From Candidatus Latescibacterota bacterium (GTDB taxonomy: Bacteria; Krumholzibacteriota; Krumholzibacteriia; WVZY01), in contig CAWBQK010000001.1 in the NCBI GenBank assembly GCA_963791045.1, positions 1 to 64,000 on the forward strand: a DNA stretch of 64,000 nt, given 5' to 3'. The notes beneath the pieces were generated by a model. That model was not told the origin of the DNA and ran no database searches. It was given only the letters and a program-made list of their open reading frames with translations. The translations under genes and the position numbers were made by a program. Positions within the stretch are counted from its first letter, which is position 1. The number at the start of each line of letters is the position of its first letter. Shown here in pieces: positions 1-10,811 of the stretch.

Positions 1-865
1 CAGTTCCCCGCGTATCGACAGCTGCCGAGTCTCATCCTTCGAAACGGGGCCCAGGGCTCGGACAATATCCGATGCGGCGAAAAGAATTTCAAGATCATCG
101 ACCCCATCCGCATTTGTCGGCGGGCAATCACACGGGGCCCGGTTGATCATGGGCGATGTGGTGTCCTTTACCCGTGTGCCCAAAGGTTCCACAATGTTCC
201 CGTCTATCCAAAGATACAAACTCGAGACATCGATCTCGCTCACCTCGAGCCCGATCATGCCCGGAATCGCCGTCTTGATCTGACCTTTTCTCTGAACGTT
301 GAAGGGGTTTTTGCACGTACCCGGCATAACGTCGAAGGACACGGGGCCGTTCACGACTTCAACGGCGATTGTGACTCGCGAATCAACGCCCGCGTCATCT
401 AAAACCTCGACGGCAAAGAAATGAATTCCACTCGCGCGGAAAGCCTTTGATGGCGCGCAAACTTCGGACTCCATCGTAAGGGGTAACGAACACATCCCAC
501 GCTTCGGGGTCATCAAGGTCAAGGATGTCCCACCCGTAACGGTACGCGGCGATCTCGCCACCGCCGGCCGACTGTTTCGCGGACCAGCAAAAAATAAGGG
601 GCACGCCGTTGGGAATCCTCATAATGGTACCCGCCCACGGCCATTCGATCGGATCCATATACTCGTTGGTAACGGTGAGTTCCGGGCCTGATTCGACAAG
701 GAGCATCGAAGCGGATTGAGGACCGGTGGCCGTCTCATTTATGCCGTCGAGGCCTGGTTCGTTGGGATCCTGGCATCCCATAAACACCACCAGACTCATT
801 GCGACCGCGACGCAGAGCAGAATTATCACGAATCTGTTAACGGCGGACAATCGCTTGAAATTCAT
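1..865 (-). CDS. Lipoprotein with a C-terminal 'DxxPGxCxNP...CxC...DGxDD' module; frameshifted and running off the window edge
   Basis: Signal peptide with lipobox (VFMGC). Reading through indels near 470, 305 and 50 gives SFDVMPGTCKNPFNV...CDCPPTNADGVDDLEILF, which matches modules at 23.7-24.1 kb and 33.5-33.8 kb. Confidence 0.65.
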
Positions 866-1143
866 GTCTAACCCCCCTCCGGTCTCCGGAAACCATACTT
901 CATTCTAATTTTTGACTCCTAATATTTTAATTATACCACAGGCCGGGCTCCTTTTTCGATCCACACCCTGTATTGGCACGTGGAGGAATTGAGGACCGAT
1001 GACGAAACCCCAAGGCAAACTTGAACTTGACTAATTGATAATTTTTGGTATAATACCCGGACACCGCGCCCGTTTGAAGCAACACCATTTGAGTAGCGCG
1101 ACCATAGGTTTTACAGCACAGTTCCACCATCCTGGAGGGCCGT

Positions 1144-1797
1144 ATGTTTTCACTGCGTAAAGTGTTTGCTGGTATTTTTCTGCTCGCGATCATCGCGATC
1201 GTATTCCCCGCATCAAGTTTTGCGACGGAAATCACACACACAGCGACCGTGCCTCTGGCAACCACAAACTGGAATGAGACAGTTACGATTCCGAAATTCC
1301 AGTTGGATCCTCTGTGTTTACAGTCGGTGTGCATCGAATTGCGCGGCCATGTCGAAGGTGCTGCAAAGTTCGAGAGTCTCGACGCCGCCGATGCCGAGAT
1401 TATCATGAACCTGCAGGCAACGCTCACGATCAGCCGCCCGGATAACACGCCATTGGTGACTGTTATTCCGTTGGCCAATACGGTTGATTCCGTTACCGCT
1501 TTCGACGACGTCATCGACTTCGGTGGCACGTCGGGCAAGACGTACACCGACCTGTCCGGTAACGCAATCGAAACCGGTTGCACAATCGACGCCGCCGACC
1601 TGATGTTGTTCTCCGGCGCCGGTAACATCCTGCTTCCGATGGGTGCGACAGGTACGTCGAACGGCAGTGGCGCCGGCAACCTGATTCTTCAGTTCGCGAC
1701 ATCGGCTTCGGTCGAAGTAATCGTGACATACACGTATGACTGCTCGGTTCCCACACAGGCAACCACGTGGGGCAAGATAAAGAATCTGTATAACTAA
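1144..1797 (+). CDS. Secreted choice-of-anchor E-like protein with C-terminal TWGKIKNLY tail
   Basis: RBS GGAGG, signal peptide, TTNWNETVTIPKF and FDDVIDFGGTSG motifs, ends VPTQATTWGKIKNLYN. Confidence 0.8.
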   Translation: MFSLRKVFAGIFLLAIIAIVFPASSFATEITHTATVPLATTNWNETVTIPKFQLDPLCLQSVCIELRGHVEGAAKFESLDAADAEIIMNLQATLTISRPDNTPLVTVIPLANTVDSVTAFDDVIDFGGTSGKTYTDLSGNAIETGCTIDAADLMLFSGAGNILLPMGATGTSNGSGAGNLILQFATSASVEVIVTYTYDCSVPTQATTWGKIKNLYN

Positions 1798-1817
1798 ATA
1801 CAGTTTTTCGGAGTGCT

Positions 1818-1864
1818 AAAAAAGGGTTCGGGTTGAAGCTAACGCACAACCCGGACCCTTTTTG
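1818..1864. terminator. Bidirectional intrinsic terminator
   Basis: AAAAAAGGGTTCGGGTTG...CAACCCGGACCCTTTTT hairpin between convergent genes. Confidence 0.8.
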
Positions 1865-1898
1865 TTTTCGCTGACAGGGATGAAGAGCTGGATTTGTA

Positions 1899-3575
1899 TC
1901 ACTTGAGCAATACGACGCGTTGTGTCTCGACGCGTCCCGACGATCGGAGGCGAACGAAGTAAACACCCGACGCCATCGGCTGGCCGCGGTCGTCCCTGCC
2001 GTCCCAGGTGGCTGCATGTTGGCCCGAAGCCGTCCATCGATCGAGTAGCGTTCGCACGTGTCGTCCCTTCACATCGTACAAGCGGAGACTGACGACACCG
2101 GGATCAAGAGTGGAGTAGGAAATTGTGGTCTGCGGGTTGAACGGATTGGGTTGAGCCCGAAGATGCAGATCTCCGACGCTCTGGGTACGAATCCCTGTAG
2201 CCGCCGGCACAAACTTCGTCACGAACACATCCCAACCGCCACTGTACGGGAGATCGCCTCCGCCGCAGTCGACGGCATCCTTGAAGCTCCCAATAAACGC
2301 CATATCCCCGGTGACGTTTACCGCCGCGGCAATGGAATACGCTTTGTCGTTCTGCATTCCCAAATTGAAAAGATCGAAACGCTGGCTCCACTTCGGAGCA
2401 CCCGCGCCATCGAACTGAGCGACACAAAAATCGAGTGGATCGGCAACATGGGGACCGCGTCCAAAGTCGACCTCTCCAAAGAAATGCCCGGCAAGCGTCA
2501 CGTTTCCGAATCCGTCAACCGCCACCGAGTAGGACCGCTGTGGCAAATCGTCGCCAAAACTTTGACTCCACAGATGTGAACCGTCCGCGCCGAATTTCGC
2601 CAGAAAGATATCCGTACTTCCAATACTCGTCAGGTCTCCGCCACCGAGATCGAGTGGGTCCGAAAATTCACCGGTGACAAAAACATTGCCCGACAGATCC
2701 ATCGCAACGTCATTTATATATTGATACGTTCCCGGATCGCCGTAGGTGTGACTCCATGCGTGATTGCCCACACTGTCGTATCTGGCCAGAAACAGGCTGC
2801 TGACCTCACCCGCGAGCGGCCCACCACCAAAATCAAAGGCGCCGTTGTGATAACCGCCGACGACCGCATTACCCATTGGATCACCCGCCACCGACGTGAT
2901 CGTAATGGAGCCCCCGGTGCACTTTTTACTCCACAGGTGCGCGCCGGTCGCGTGGAACTTCACGATAAACATATTCGTTGTAAACCAACTTGCCGTAAGT
3001 GTGGCTCCGCCGAAATCGATCGTGCCGGTGAACAACCCGGCGACAATAAGATTTCCCGCACCATCGATGCCCGCCGCTTTCACATCAACCGACGCCGAGG
3101 CTCCGCCAAAATTACGACTCCAGACGTGATTCCCATCCGTGTCAAACTTTGCGATGACCCCGTCACGGAAACCCTCGGCAACGATCGTGCCCCCGCCAAA
3201 GTCCACCGTTCCGATGAAATCGTTAACCATGAGAATATTCGAATCGCCATCGACCACAAATCTGTTGGTGTTGTATTTTAGAGAATCACCGAGGTTCAGA
3301 CTCCAGGCGTGATCGCCGTCGGAGTCGAGTTTTGCGAGGAATACACAATCCGACGGTCCATCGCAAACCAGATTCCCGCCACCGAAGTTAACGGTTCCAT
3401 CGAAGTGCCCCGTCATAATTACATTGCCCGAATTATCCAGCGCGACGGATGTCGCGACCTGATCGCCTGCGTCACCGAAGGATTGACTCCATACATGCAC
3501 GGCCGCTTCCGTGGAAACGGCCTGGGTGATGACTATAATGGAGAGGATTGCGAGGAGTCGGATGCGAGCGCACAT
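1899..3575 (-). CDS. Secreted SBBP-like beta-propeller repeat protein with FlgD-Ig/T9SS-like C-terminal domain
   Basis: Repeats of the form VAxDxxGNVxxxGxFxGxxDFGGG and FLAKxDxxGxHxWS; C-terminal QPNPFNP...MASGVYFVRL...VVLLK. Start moved to MCARIR, which begins the signal peptide. Confidence 0.8.
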   Translation of the reverse strand: MCARIRLLAILSIIVITQAVSTEAAVHVWSQSFGDAGDQVATSVALDNSGNVIMTGHFDGTVNFGGGNLVCDGPSDCVFLAKLDSDGDHAWSLNLGDSLKYNTNRFVVDGDSNILMVNDFIGTVDFGGGTIVAEGFRDGVIAKFDTDGNHVWSRNFGGASASVDVKAAGIDGAGNLIVAGLFTGTIDFGGATLTASWFTTNMFIVKFHATGAHLWSKKCTGGSITITSVAGDPMGNAVVGGYHNGAFDFGGGPLAGEVSSLFLARYDSVGNHAWSHTYGDPGTYQYINDVAMDLSGNVFVTGEFSDPLDLGGGDLTSIGSTDIFLAKFGADGSHLWSQSFGDDLPQRSYSVAVDGFGNVTLAGHFFGEVDFGRGPHVADPLDFCVAQFDGAGAPKWSQRFDLFNLGMQNDKAYSIAAAVNVTGDMAFIGSFKDAVDCGGGDLPYSGGWDVFVTKFVPAATGIRTQSVGDLHLRAQPNPFNPQTTISYSTLDPGVVSLRLYDVKGRHVRTLLDRWTASGQHAATWDGRDDRGQPMASGVYFVRLRSSGRVETQRVVLLK

Positions 3576-4106
3576 GATGTTGGTTCTCCCGGGTGTGATC
3601 TGGACGTATGTGACTCGGTCCAAATAAGTCTTTGTACATATAAGGATATCGGATACCGCGTTCTACAGTCAATTCGTTACGAAGAGACGATGGCCCAGAG
3701 GCAGCTTTGAGGGGACGTGAAGGAATTAAATAGAGGTTGGTGTCGTATCGTAGAGCATGATTCCCGATGGCGGCTTGAAATAGCTCTGTTTATTCGCAGG
3801 CGATCGATCACCCCGATTCTGCGCACTCGCCGACACTGTTTCCCAAACAATGCATACGATTGACGTATTTGCGGTTACGTGATACTCTTCATGTAATCGT
3901 CACGTGACACCTGCCGTCACGCGTCGCTGCAGCACAACCACCGACACGACATCCACGCGCGAGGGCAACCACACGCCCTGGGGGAGTTGCATGCGCGCGC
4001 GACAACTCAGTACGATCCAACCGACCGTCGCGGTCAGACTACACCGATCATCGCCGGTCACACTCCTCTTCAATATAGGGTCTCGCACAAGGAAGGGTGA
4101 TCTGCC

Positions 4107-6593
4107 ATGACACGCATTGGTATAGCCGCGTTGATATGTCTCGCGCTAGTTGTCGGTTCAATCGTTGCCACACCGGTGTTCGTTTCCGAAGCCAACATGC
4201 CGCCAATTGAGAAATCACCGACAGCTACCGGCGATTCATGGAACGTCAGCGTGAACGGACGCTTCGCCAATGGCCCCTCGCTCGCCGTCGATGTGCGAAA
4301 CGACACGGCCTACTCGGGGAACGGAGCCGTTTTCGAAATTGTTGATTTCGAAAATGTATCACCACCTGCCCTGCTGGGACGGGTGACGTTGCCAGCGGCG
4401 ATCAAGGCCATAAAAGTTGTCGACAACTATGCGTACGTCGCCAATAACGGAGATGGCCTGCGGGTCATCGATATTTCGGATCCGACCGCCCCGACCGAAG
4501 TCGGCGCATACGAGGTGTCGAACTATTCTTTGGGCGTCGACGTCGTTGGCAGCACCCTCTACCTGGCAAATAGCTGGGACGGGCTTCGCATCTTCGATGT
4601 ATCAACGCCATCCAGCCCGTCGGAGATTTCACACCGCACGATTGCCTGCGAGGCCCGGGACGTCAAGGTGGTTGGGGATTATGCGTACATTGCCGGAGGC
4701 ACAAACGGCCTGTTTATTATTAATATCTCCGATCCCAGCACCCCAACCGAAGTCGGAAGCTACGACACATCGGGCAATTATTACAAGATTGAGGTCGTGG
4801 GCGATTTTGCATTTATGGCCGCCTACACTTACGATCTGGAAATCGTCGACATAGAAAATCCGGCGGCTCCGTCAAAGCTTACACACTTGTCCGTGAATGG
4901 GTCGGCCGTCTCCCTTTGCGTGGACGGAGACTACGCCTACGTCGGGTCGGACGGGATAACTGTGGTCGACATCTCAGAACCGGAGCTCCCCTTTGTGGTC
5001 GGTTCACTGGCCCAACCCCCGGTGTCGAACGACATCGTGATATTCGGTTCCCGCGCCTACATTGCGGCGGACTACGGCGGAGTCGTCGCGTATAATGTGG
5101 CAGCCCCCACTTCTCCTTCCATCGTCCTCACACACGACACAAGCGGTGACGCCGTGGGGGTCACAGCGGCCATGGGTGTCACCACCAGCGCGCCGGGGCC
5201 AGCCGTGTCGGACTATATGTATATCGCCGAATTAAACGACGGCATTCGAATCGTCGACATCACGAATCCGGCGAACCCGACCAGTGTCGGGCAATATGTG
5301 AGTTCGTCAAATAGAGCCGAAGCTGTCGCTGCCGCGGGTAACATTCTCTGCACCGCGTGGACGGATGGGTTCCGAACAATCGATATCGAAAATCCTGCCA
5401 CACCGACGCAGATGGGGTTCTATAACACAAATGCCTCCCTCGGCGTTGCGATCAACGGAAACTATGCGTATGTGGCGGCGAAAGGTTATGGCCTTTACGT
5501 AATAGACATAACGAATCCTGAGTTTCCAGCCGAAGCGGGCGTGTACGATACACCGGGGACCGCCTATGATGTCGTTTACAGCGGCGGATACGCGTATGTC
5601 GCGGATAACAATTCCGGGCTCTCGATCATAGACGTGTCCACACCAACCGCGCCGAGTCTGGTCGGCGCTTACACCGCCCCCAACTCCGCCTACGGCGTGG
5701 CGGTCACCGGCAACTATGCTTATGTCACCAGCTTCAGTAACACAGTTTATGTACTTGATGTTTCGACTCCATCCGCACTTGTTGAAATCGCCACGATCGT
5801 GCCGGGCGGAAACATCAGAGATGTCTTCATTAGCGGCAACTATCTATATGTCGCGAAAGCCCTTTCGGGGGTCGACGTCTTCTATATCAATGACAAGGTC
5901 AACTCCCCACATGTTGGGAGATTCGACACGGGTAGCACCGCGTACGACATTTTTGCCATCGGACACTCCGTTTACGTCGCCGACTTCGAAGATGGCGTGT
6001 GGATGCTCGAGTTCGACCCGCCGCCGACACCCACATTCATTTCAGCGTTCTTCTGCGAACCGGTCGATGACGGTGTCGAGCTGTCCTGGGAGATCCTGTC
6101 CGACGATGTCGTGAAGGGGTTCAAGATCTATCGCGGCGATGGGAGCGGCGGAAACGGCCGGGTCGTCAACTCTGGTGGATTGATCCCGCCCAACGCGGAC
6201 CGGTTTGTGGATGCGTCGACACAGGCGGGCGAAACCTATCAGTACAGACTGGCGGTCGTACTCGATGACGGAAGCGAAATCCTGTCGATTCCGCAAACTG
6301 TCACCATTCGCGATATCGAGCTGACTCTTGAGCCAAACTACCCCAACCCGTTTAACCCTACGACGACCATCACATTCGTGCTTTCATCGAATGGGCCGGT
6401 GAACGTGTCGGTCTATACCGCCGACGGGAAACTCGTGCAAACAATCGTGGACGGCCCCATGAGCGCGGGCCAAAAGTCGTTCGCATGGGACGGGAAGGAT
6501 ATGAACGGCATCCCCGTCAGCTCCGGCGTCTACTTCTGCCGTCTGAAAACAGGAAACCGCACGCTGACGCAAAAAATGACGCTTATTAAATAG
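4107..6593 (+). CDS. LVIVD-repeat secreted protein with FlgD-Ig/T9SS-like C-terminal domain
   Basis: Many YAYVA...GLxIxDxSxP repeats; ends NYPNPFNP...VSSGVYFCRL...KMTLIK. Confidence 0.9.
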   Translation: MTRIGIAALICLALVVGSIVATPVFVSEANMPPIEKSPTATGDSWNVSVNGRFANGPSLAVDVRNDTAYSGNGAVFEIVDFENVSPPALLGRVTLPAAIKAIKVVDNYAYVANNGDGLRVIDISDPTAPTEVGAYEVSNYSLGVDVVGSTLYLANSWDGLRIFDVSTPSSPSEISHRTIACEARDVKVVGDYAYIAGGTNGLFIINISDPSTPTEVGSYDTSGNYYKIEVVGDFAFMAAYTYDLEIVDIENPAAPSKLTHLSVNGSAVSLCVDGDYAYVGSDGITVVDISEPELPFVVGSLAQPPVSNDIVIFGSRAYIAADYGGVVAYNVAAPTSPSIVLTHDTSGDAVGVTAAMGVTTSAPGPAVSDYMYIAELNDGIRIVDITNPANPTSVGQYVSSSNRAEAVAAAGNILCTAWTDGFRTIDIENPATPTQMGFYNTNASLGVAINGNYAYVAAKGYGLYVIDITNPEFPAEAGVYDTPGTAYDVVYSGGYAYVADNNSGLSIIDVSTPTAPSLVGAYTAPNSAYGVAVTGNYAYVTSFSNTVYVLDVSTPSALVEIATIVPGGNIRDVFISGNYLYVAKALSGVDVFYINDKVNSPHVGRFDTGSTAYDIFAIGHSVYVADFEDGVWMLEFDPPPTPTFISAFFCEPVDDGVELSWEILSDDVVKGFKIYRGDGSGGNGRVVNSGGLIPPNADRFVDASTQAGETYQYRLAVVLDDGSEILSIPQTVTIRDIELTLEPNYPNPFNPTTTITFVLSSNGPVNVSVYTADGKLVQTIVDGPMSAGQKSFAWDGKDMNGIPVSSGVYFCRLKTGNRTLTQKMTLIK

Positions 6594-6645
6594 GTGGTTC
6601 TGTCAATGCGCGACACTGCCGTCGCGCGTTTGGAGATTGCCATGC

Positions 6646-6678
6646 AAAAAAAGGGGCGCCTCTCAAGGGCGCCCCTTT
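6646..6678. terminator. Intrinsic terminator
   Basis: AAAAAAAGGGGCGCC-TCTCAAG-GGCGCCCCTTT hairpin between convergent genes. Confidence 0.8.
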
Positions 6679-6692
6679 GCCAAGTTCTCCGA

Positions 6693-9600
6693 CTATCGAA
6701 CAATCGCGATTTTGCGCGACACACTCATCTGGTTCGCCTCGAGCTTGACGAAGTAGACGCCAGTCGCAAGGTTGCTCGCGTTCAAGCGGACTTCGCCCGC
6801 ACCCGCGGGACGCCGATCGTTCTCGAGTATCCTCGCCACGCGGCGCCCCAGAACGTCGTACACAGTAATAGTCACCGGCCCCGACTCGTCTAGGCTGAAT
6901 GGAATCGTGGCCGACGTTGACACCGGGTTCGGGTACGGCGCCATGAGCGCGAACTTGGGCGCCTGTACGGGGCCACCCACAATCGCCGTCGCCGTCACGT
7001 TGCACGCATTCATCTTCAAATGAGGAAGCGCGATATTGCTCGCACTGCCCGAACGCTCGCTGTCCACCACGCGAATGACTCCGTAAGAATCGTATGGGAG
7101 ACCCGTCGTGTCGTTCCACCATTTCCACTCGTTCGTTTCGTCGAAGCTGACCGCAATGTCGTAGTCCGTACCGGCGGCGAGACTCACCGATATCGGAATC
7201 TGGTGCCACCGCGTGCCCGGCGCCGAAGAACGAATCTCACCCTCGGTGAGGAGCGCCCCTCTTGTGATTCCGGTGGCCTCGTATACCCTCGCGCGGATCG
7301 GCTCACCCTCGGGGATGTCCGCTATCCAGCTGAGCGAGTACACCTCCTGATCGATCAGCGACGTGACGTACGCGCCATACTCGGAGTTATCCACGGATGT
7401 CGTAACCGTCGGAGGGTAGACGTCATTCATTTTGGCAAGGTCGAACGAAACCCCGGCCACTCCGAGCGTGTACCCCAGGCGGTAGTGCGGAAGCGCACCA
7501 TTCGCGGCATCCCCACTGATCTCCGCATCGACGACACGGATTGCGTCAACGGAGTACGGTTGCGAGACCTGCGCCTCGTACCAGTATGGCCACGATGTCG
7601 CCGTTCCGAACTCGACCGCGATGTCGTACTCCATACCCTCCTCGAGTACATACCCGATCGGGATATCGTGGAACATCATCCCCGTCGAGGAGACGTCCAG
7701 TGTGCCCTCCGCTACGAGCGCCCCTCTTGTGGTTCCAGTGGCCTCGTAGACCCGGGCCGTAATCGTCTGCGGCACAATGAGATCCGCCCGCCACCCCAGA
7801 GAGCAAAGCGTCACGGTCTCATCGGCCTTTATGTAGAGACCGCGTTCCTGGTCGTCGTTCGAGGATGATGTCATCGTGGTCCCCTGATCCGGATCGAGGT
7901 CCGCGGCGACTGGACAATCGGCTGCCGAACCCTGGATCGAGAAGTTGAGCAGCGCAAAGTTGCTCGCATCTCCCCCGTATTCCCCGTCTCTGACCCGAAT
8001 CACGCCACCCACGTCGAAAGTCGAGATCGAATGTTCATCCCACCAGTCCCAGGAGTTCGCGGCGCCGAACTGCACCGAGATATCGTACTCCTGACACGCC
8101 TCAAGCGTGTAACTGATCGGAATGTAGTGGACAACCTGCCCCGGTTGCACGGCGGTCAACGACCCGGAGGCAAGAAGAGCCCCGCGCGTGGTCCCGTCGG
8201 CGGCGTAGATCTGCACATTGATTACTTGCGGCAATTCGAGGTCTACTTCTATTCCAATTGCGCACACATCGAAGTCTTTGAGCGCGGTGACATACACCCC
8301 GCGGTCCTGATCGTCGCTGAGAGAAGTGTAGTCCGGAGGCGTGTTCGGGATGAGGTCCGCGATCTGACCCGGGCAGCTTCCATCGGCCCCGATGGTGAGC
8401 TGGCTTGTCCGTGTTGTTGCCGAACCTGTGTAGCTGTTTGCAAATGCGTAGTTGTCACCATAAGTTCCAGGCGAAAGCCCCTCGGCGAGATAATTGACAT
8501 TAACCTCTACACTCACCGATCCGCCGGGGTAAACAAACCCGCTGGTAATTGAGGCCGTGTTCCATGCGATCAAACCCGTAAGGTTCCACGGCAACCCCGA
8601 CCCGCCAAGATTCTCCACAGTGTAAGTCACACCCTTTGGGGTGAACGGTCCACCCTCCAGGCCGGTCGAGACGAACGGCAAACTGGGGGATACATTAAGA
8701 AGTGGCGCCGACTCGTGGGACGCCGCGCCGATCCATGTATCCCAGGACGGGTCGGGATCGTTTGACGCGTATTGACCGCAGAACCAAAAAGTCCTGAAGT
8801 CCCCGGCCCTGTCGATATCGCAATCGAAGCGATTACCCCAGTGGAATGGTGAGCTGTATGTCCCCGAATTGATTCCATCGTCATAATAGGACTCTCCAGA
8901 GTGGAGCAACGAGCTGGCCCCGATGCTTCCTCCCTCCGTGAAGTCCGAGTAACGGATACTCATGTTCTCGCTTGGCCCTCCGCGGGCAAAGACAACAATT
9001 CCCCTATCCAACGGATCCAGGTCCACGGCTGGATATGCATAGTAGTATCCACTCGCACCATACGCCCCGGATTCCTGCTCCAGGGTTCGCACTGGTGTAT
9101 TGACAACGTATATCTCGATCGCCGACCGGTCATCCACCTCCCCCCAGTTGATCGACTGTGTATGGGTGGTCCAAAGCCGACTCAAATAGTACTTCGCGCT
9201 GCAGAGCCGCGCATCGCCGGAGCGTACGTGGGTTCCATCTCCTTGCTCAATGGGCGGCGGATTGTCGTACGTTCCAACAGGGATGTTGTACCCGTTCAAT
9301 ACCGGCGCTGCGACCGAGCCCGTGATCTCCCAGAACGTTATGAATGATCCACCGAATCGCTTGGAATTTATGAGATAGTATTCACCGGGGTATGAGTTCA
9401 ACTCTGCGGCGCAGATACTCCTTGCGGACGTCCCATCGCCCGGGTTGGTCATTGCGAAAAACTCCTCTCGGCCCGACCCGGCTTGCACGTAGATTTCCGC
9501 CTTGTCCAGGCATGCGATTCTCGATCGCTGAAACACGTTTGACCAATTAAGGTCGTCGGTCACCAGGTAGACGGCACCCGGATCGCAGCCGAGATCGATG

Positions 9601-10559
9601 TAATCAGCGCGGTAACCCCCATTGTTCGTCCAGACATAGTTGTATGTCCAGTGAGCGCCAATTCCCATTGGCTCGGACGTCGCGGAAACGCAGAGGCACA
9701 CCCACGCTTCGTCCTCGATATAGTCGGCCGCGGTGAAGCTCAAAATCCACCTGTCATCCCACTCGTCATACAAAACCCTTGGATTGAGGCGGTTCGAAGC
9801 CACTGAGGACAGCGTGGAGAGACTCGCCTGGTGAAGCTCTGTGCCGCTCTTGTCGTAAACGGCAAAAACACTGTTTACGACCAACACGACGTAATCCTTA
9901 GACACCGCAATATCCGGACTCCCAGGTCTCCAAATAGGATCGTAGACCCCCTGGAAATCCTGAATGAGGTTCTGCGCGAGAATCTCTTTCAACTCAGCTT
10001 CCGTCGCCGTGTCGAGGGTTCCCTTTCTGCCAAGTTCCGCGAGAACTTCCGCGGACAGCTCAAAGTCGTCTGATTCTCCATCGTCAAAGCGCTTCATTTC
10101 ACTAGCGGTCGGCCGGTATTCCGGCGCGGGACGCAACGCGAGGTCCGCCGAGAATTCCGGCTGCGTCAGCCCGGCCACCGAAACCGCCTGGTACGTCACA
10201 TCCGGTGTACCGGCATTGGCCGCGGCGTTCGCCTTGACCTTGTCGATAGCCGCTCTCCGGCGAGCGGGGTCTTTCGGAAGCGGCGGCATGAGTTCACCAT
10301 CCAACGAGATCGCCTCGTCCGGTTTACCCGCAACTTCATCGGAATCGTTCATCGGGAGCGCAATATTCTGCATTGAACTCGCCGCGTTCTTCGCGTCACC
10401 AGTCACCGTCCCCGGGGGGGCCCCACTTACTTGTGTCTCATTGTCGATTACAAGCGAGCCGCCCAGGAATGCCAGGGCAAACAGTGAAACAACTGTGATC
10501 ACGGCAGCCATGGAACGATTGCGCGTGAAGCGCACTCGAAGCCAATCGTGCTTCCTCAT
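6693..10559 (-). CDS. Large secreted protein with three tandem beta-rich repeats and a T9SS-like C-terminal domain
   Basis: N-terminal hydrophobic segment; three repeats containing TRGAL(L/V)xxG...YDIxVxF; ends APYPNP...LATGVYFVKL...KIAIVR. Confidence 0.8.
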   Translation of the reverse strand: MRKHDWLRVRFTRNRSMAAVITVVSLFALAFLGGSLVIDNETQVSGAPPGTVTGDAKNAASSMQNIALPMNDSDEVAGKPDEAISLDGELMPPLPKDPARRRAAIDKVKANAAANAGTPDVTYQAVSVAGLTQPEFSADLALRPAPEYRPTASEMKRFDDGESDDFELSAEVLAELGRKGTLDTATEAELKEILAQNLIQDFQGVYDPIWRPGSPDIAVSKDYVVLVVNSVFAVYDKSGTELHQASLSTLSSVASNRLNPRVLYDEWDDRWILSFTAADYIEDEAWVCLCVSATSEPMGIGAHWTYNYVWTNNGGYRADYIDLGCDPGAVYLVTDDLNWSNVFQRSRIACLDKAEIYVQAGSGREEFFAMTNPGDGTSARSICAAELNSYPGEYYLINSKRFGGSFITFWEITGSVAAPVLNGYNIPVGTYDNPPPIEQGDGTHVRSGDARLCSAKYYLSRLWTTHTQSINWGEVDDRSAIEIYVVNTPVRTLEQESGAYGASGYYYAYPAVDLDPLDRGIVVFARGGPSENMSIRYSDFTEGGSIGASSLLHSGESYYDDGINSGTYSSPFHWGNRFDCDIDRAGDFRTFWFCGQYASNDPDPSWDTWIGAASHESAPLLNVSPSLPFVSTGLEGGPFTPKGVTYTVENLGGSGLPWNLTGLIAWNTASITSGFVYPGGSVSVEVNVNYLAEGLSPGTYGDNYAFANSYTGSATTRTSQLTIGADGSCPGQIADLIPNTPPDYTSLSDDQDRGVYVTALKDFDVCAIGIEVDLELPQVINVQIYAADGTTRGALLASGSLTAVQPGQVVHYIPISYTLEACQEYDISVQFGAANSWDWWDEHSISTFDVGGVIRVRDGEYGGDASNFALLNFSIQGSAADCPVAADLDPDQGTTMTSSSNDDQERGLYIKADETVTLCSLGWRADLIVPQTITARVYEATGTTRGALVAEGTLDVSSTGMMFHDIPIGYVLEEGMEYDIAVEFGTATSWPYWYEAQVSQPYSVDAIRVVDAEISGDAANGALPHYRLGYTLGVAGVSFDLAKMNDVYPPTVTTSVDNSEYGAYVTSLIDQEVYSLSWIADIPEGEPIRARVYEATGITRGALLTEGEIRSSAPGTRWHQIPISVSLAAGTDYDIAVSFDETNEWKWWNDTTGLPYDSYGVIRVVDSERSGSASNIALPHLKMNACNVTATAIVGGPVQAPKFALMAPYPNPVSTSATIPFSLDESGPVTITVYDVLGRRVARILENDRRPAGAGEVRLNASNLATGVYFVKLEANQMSVSRKIAIVR

Positions 10560-10811
10560 TGGTGGACCTCCGTGCTGTGCGAGGGCGGACAAACGCCCTC
10601 AGAAGACACAATCGCATACAATCGTGTAGAGAATAATCAGGAGAGGCTCGTGGAGTGCGAATGGCGGAAGGTGCGAGAATGGAGCACCCAGCCAGGGTGG
10701 CCGCGACTCCAAACCGCTCTCTCGTGATTTCTTTAAATCAACCCGTAGCAATCGATATTTTATCACAAAGGGGGGAGCTTTGTCAGCAGTGTTGCGTCAG
10801 GCGCTCGCGCC

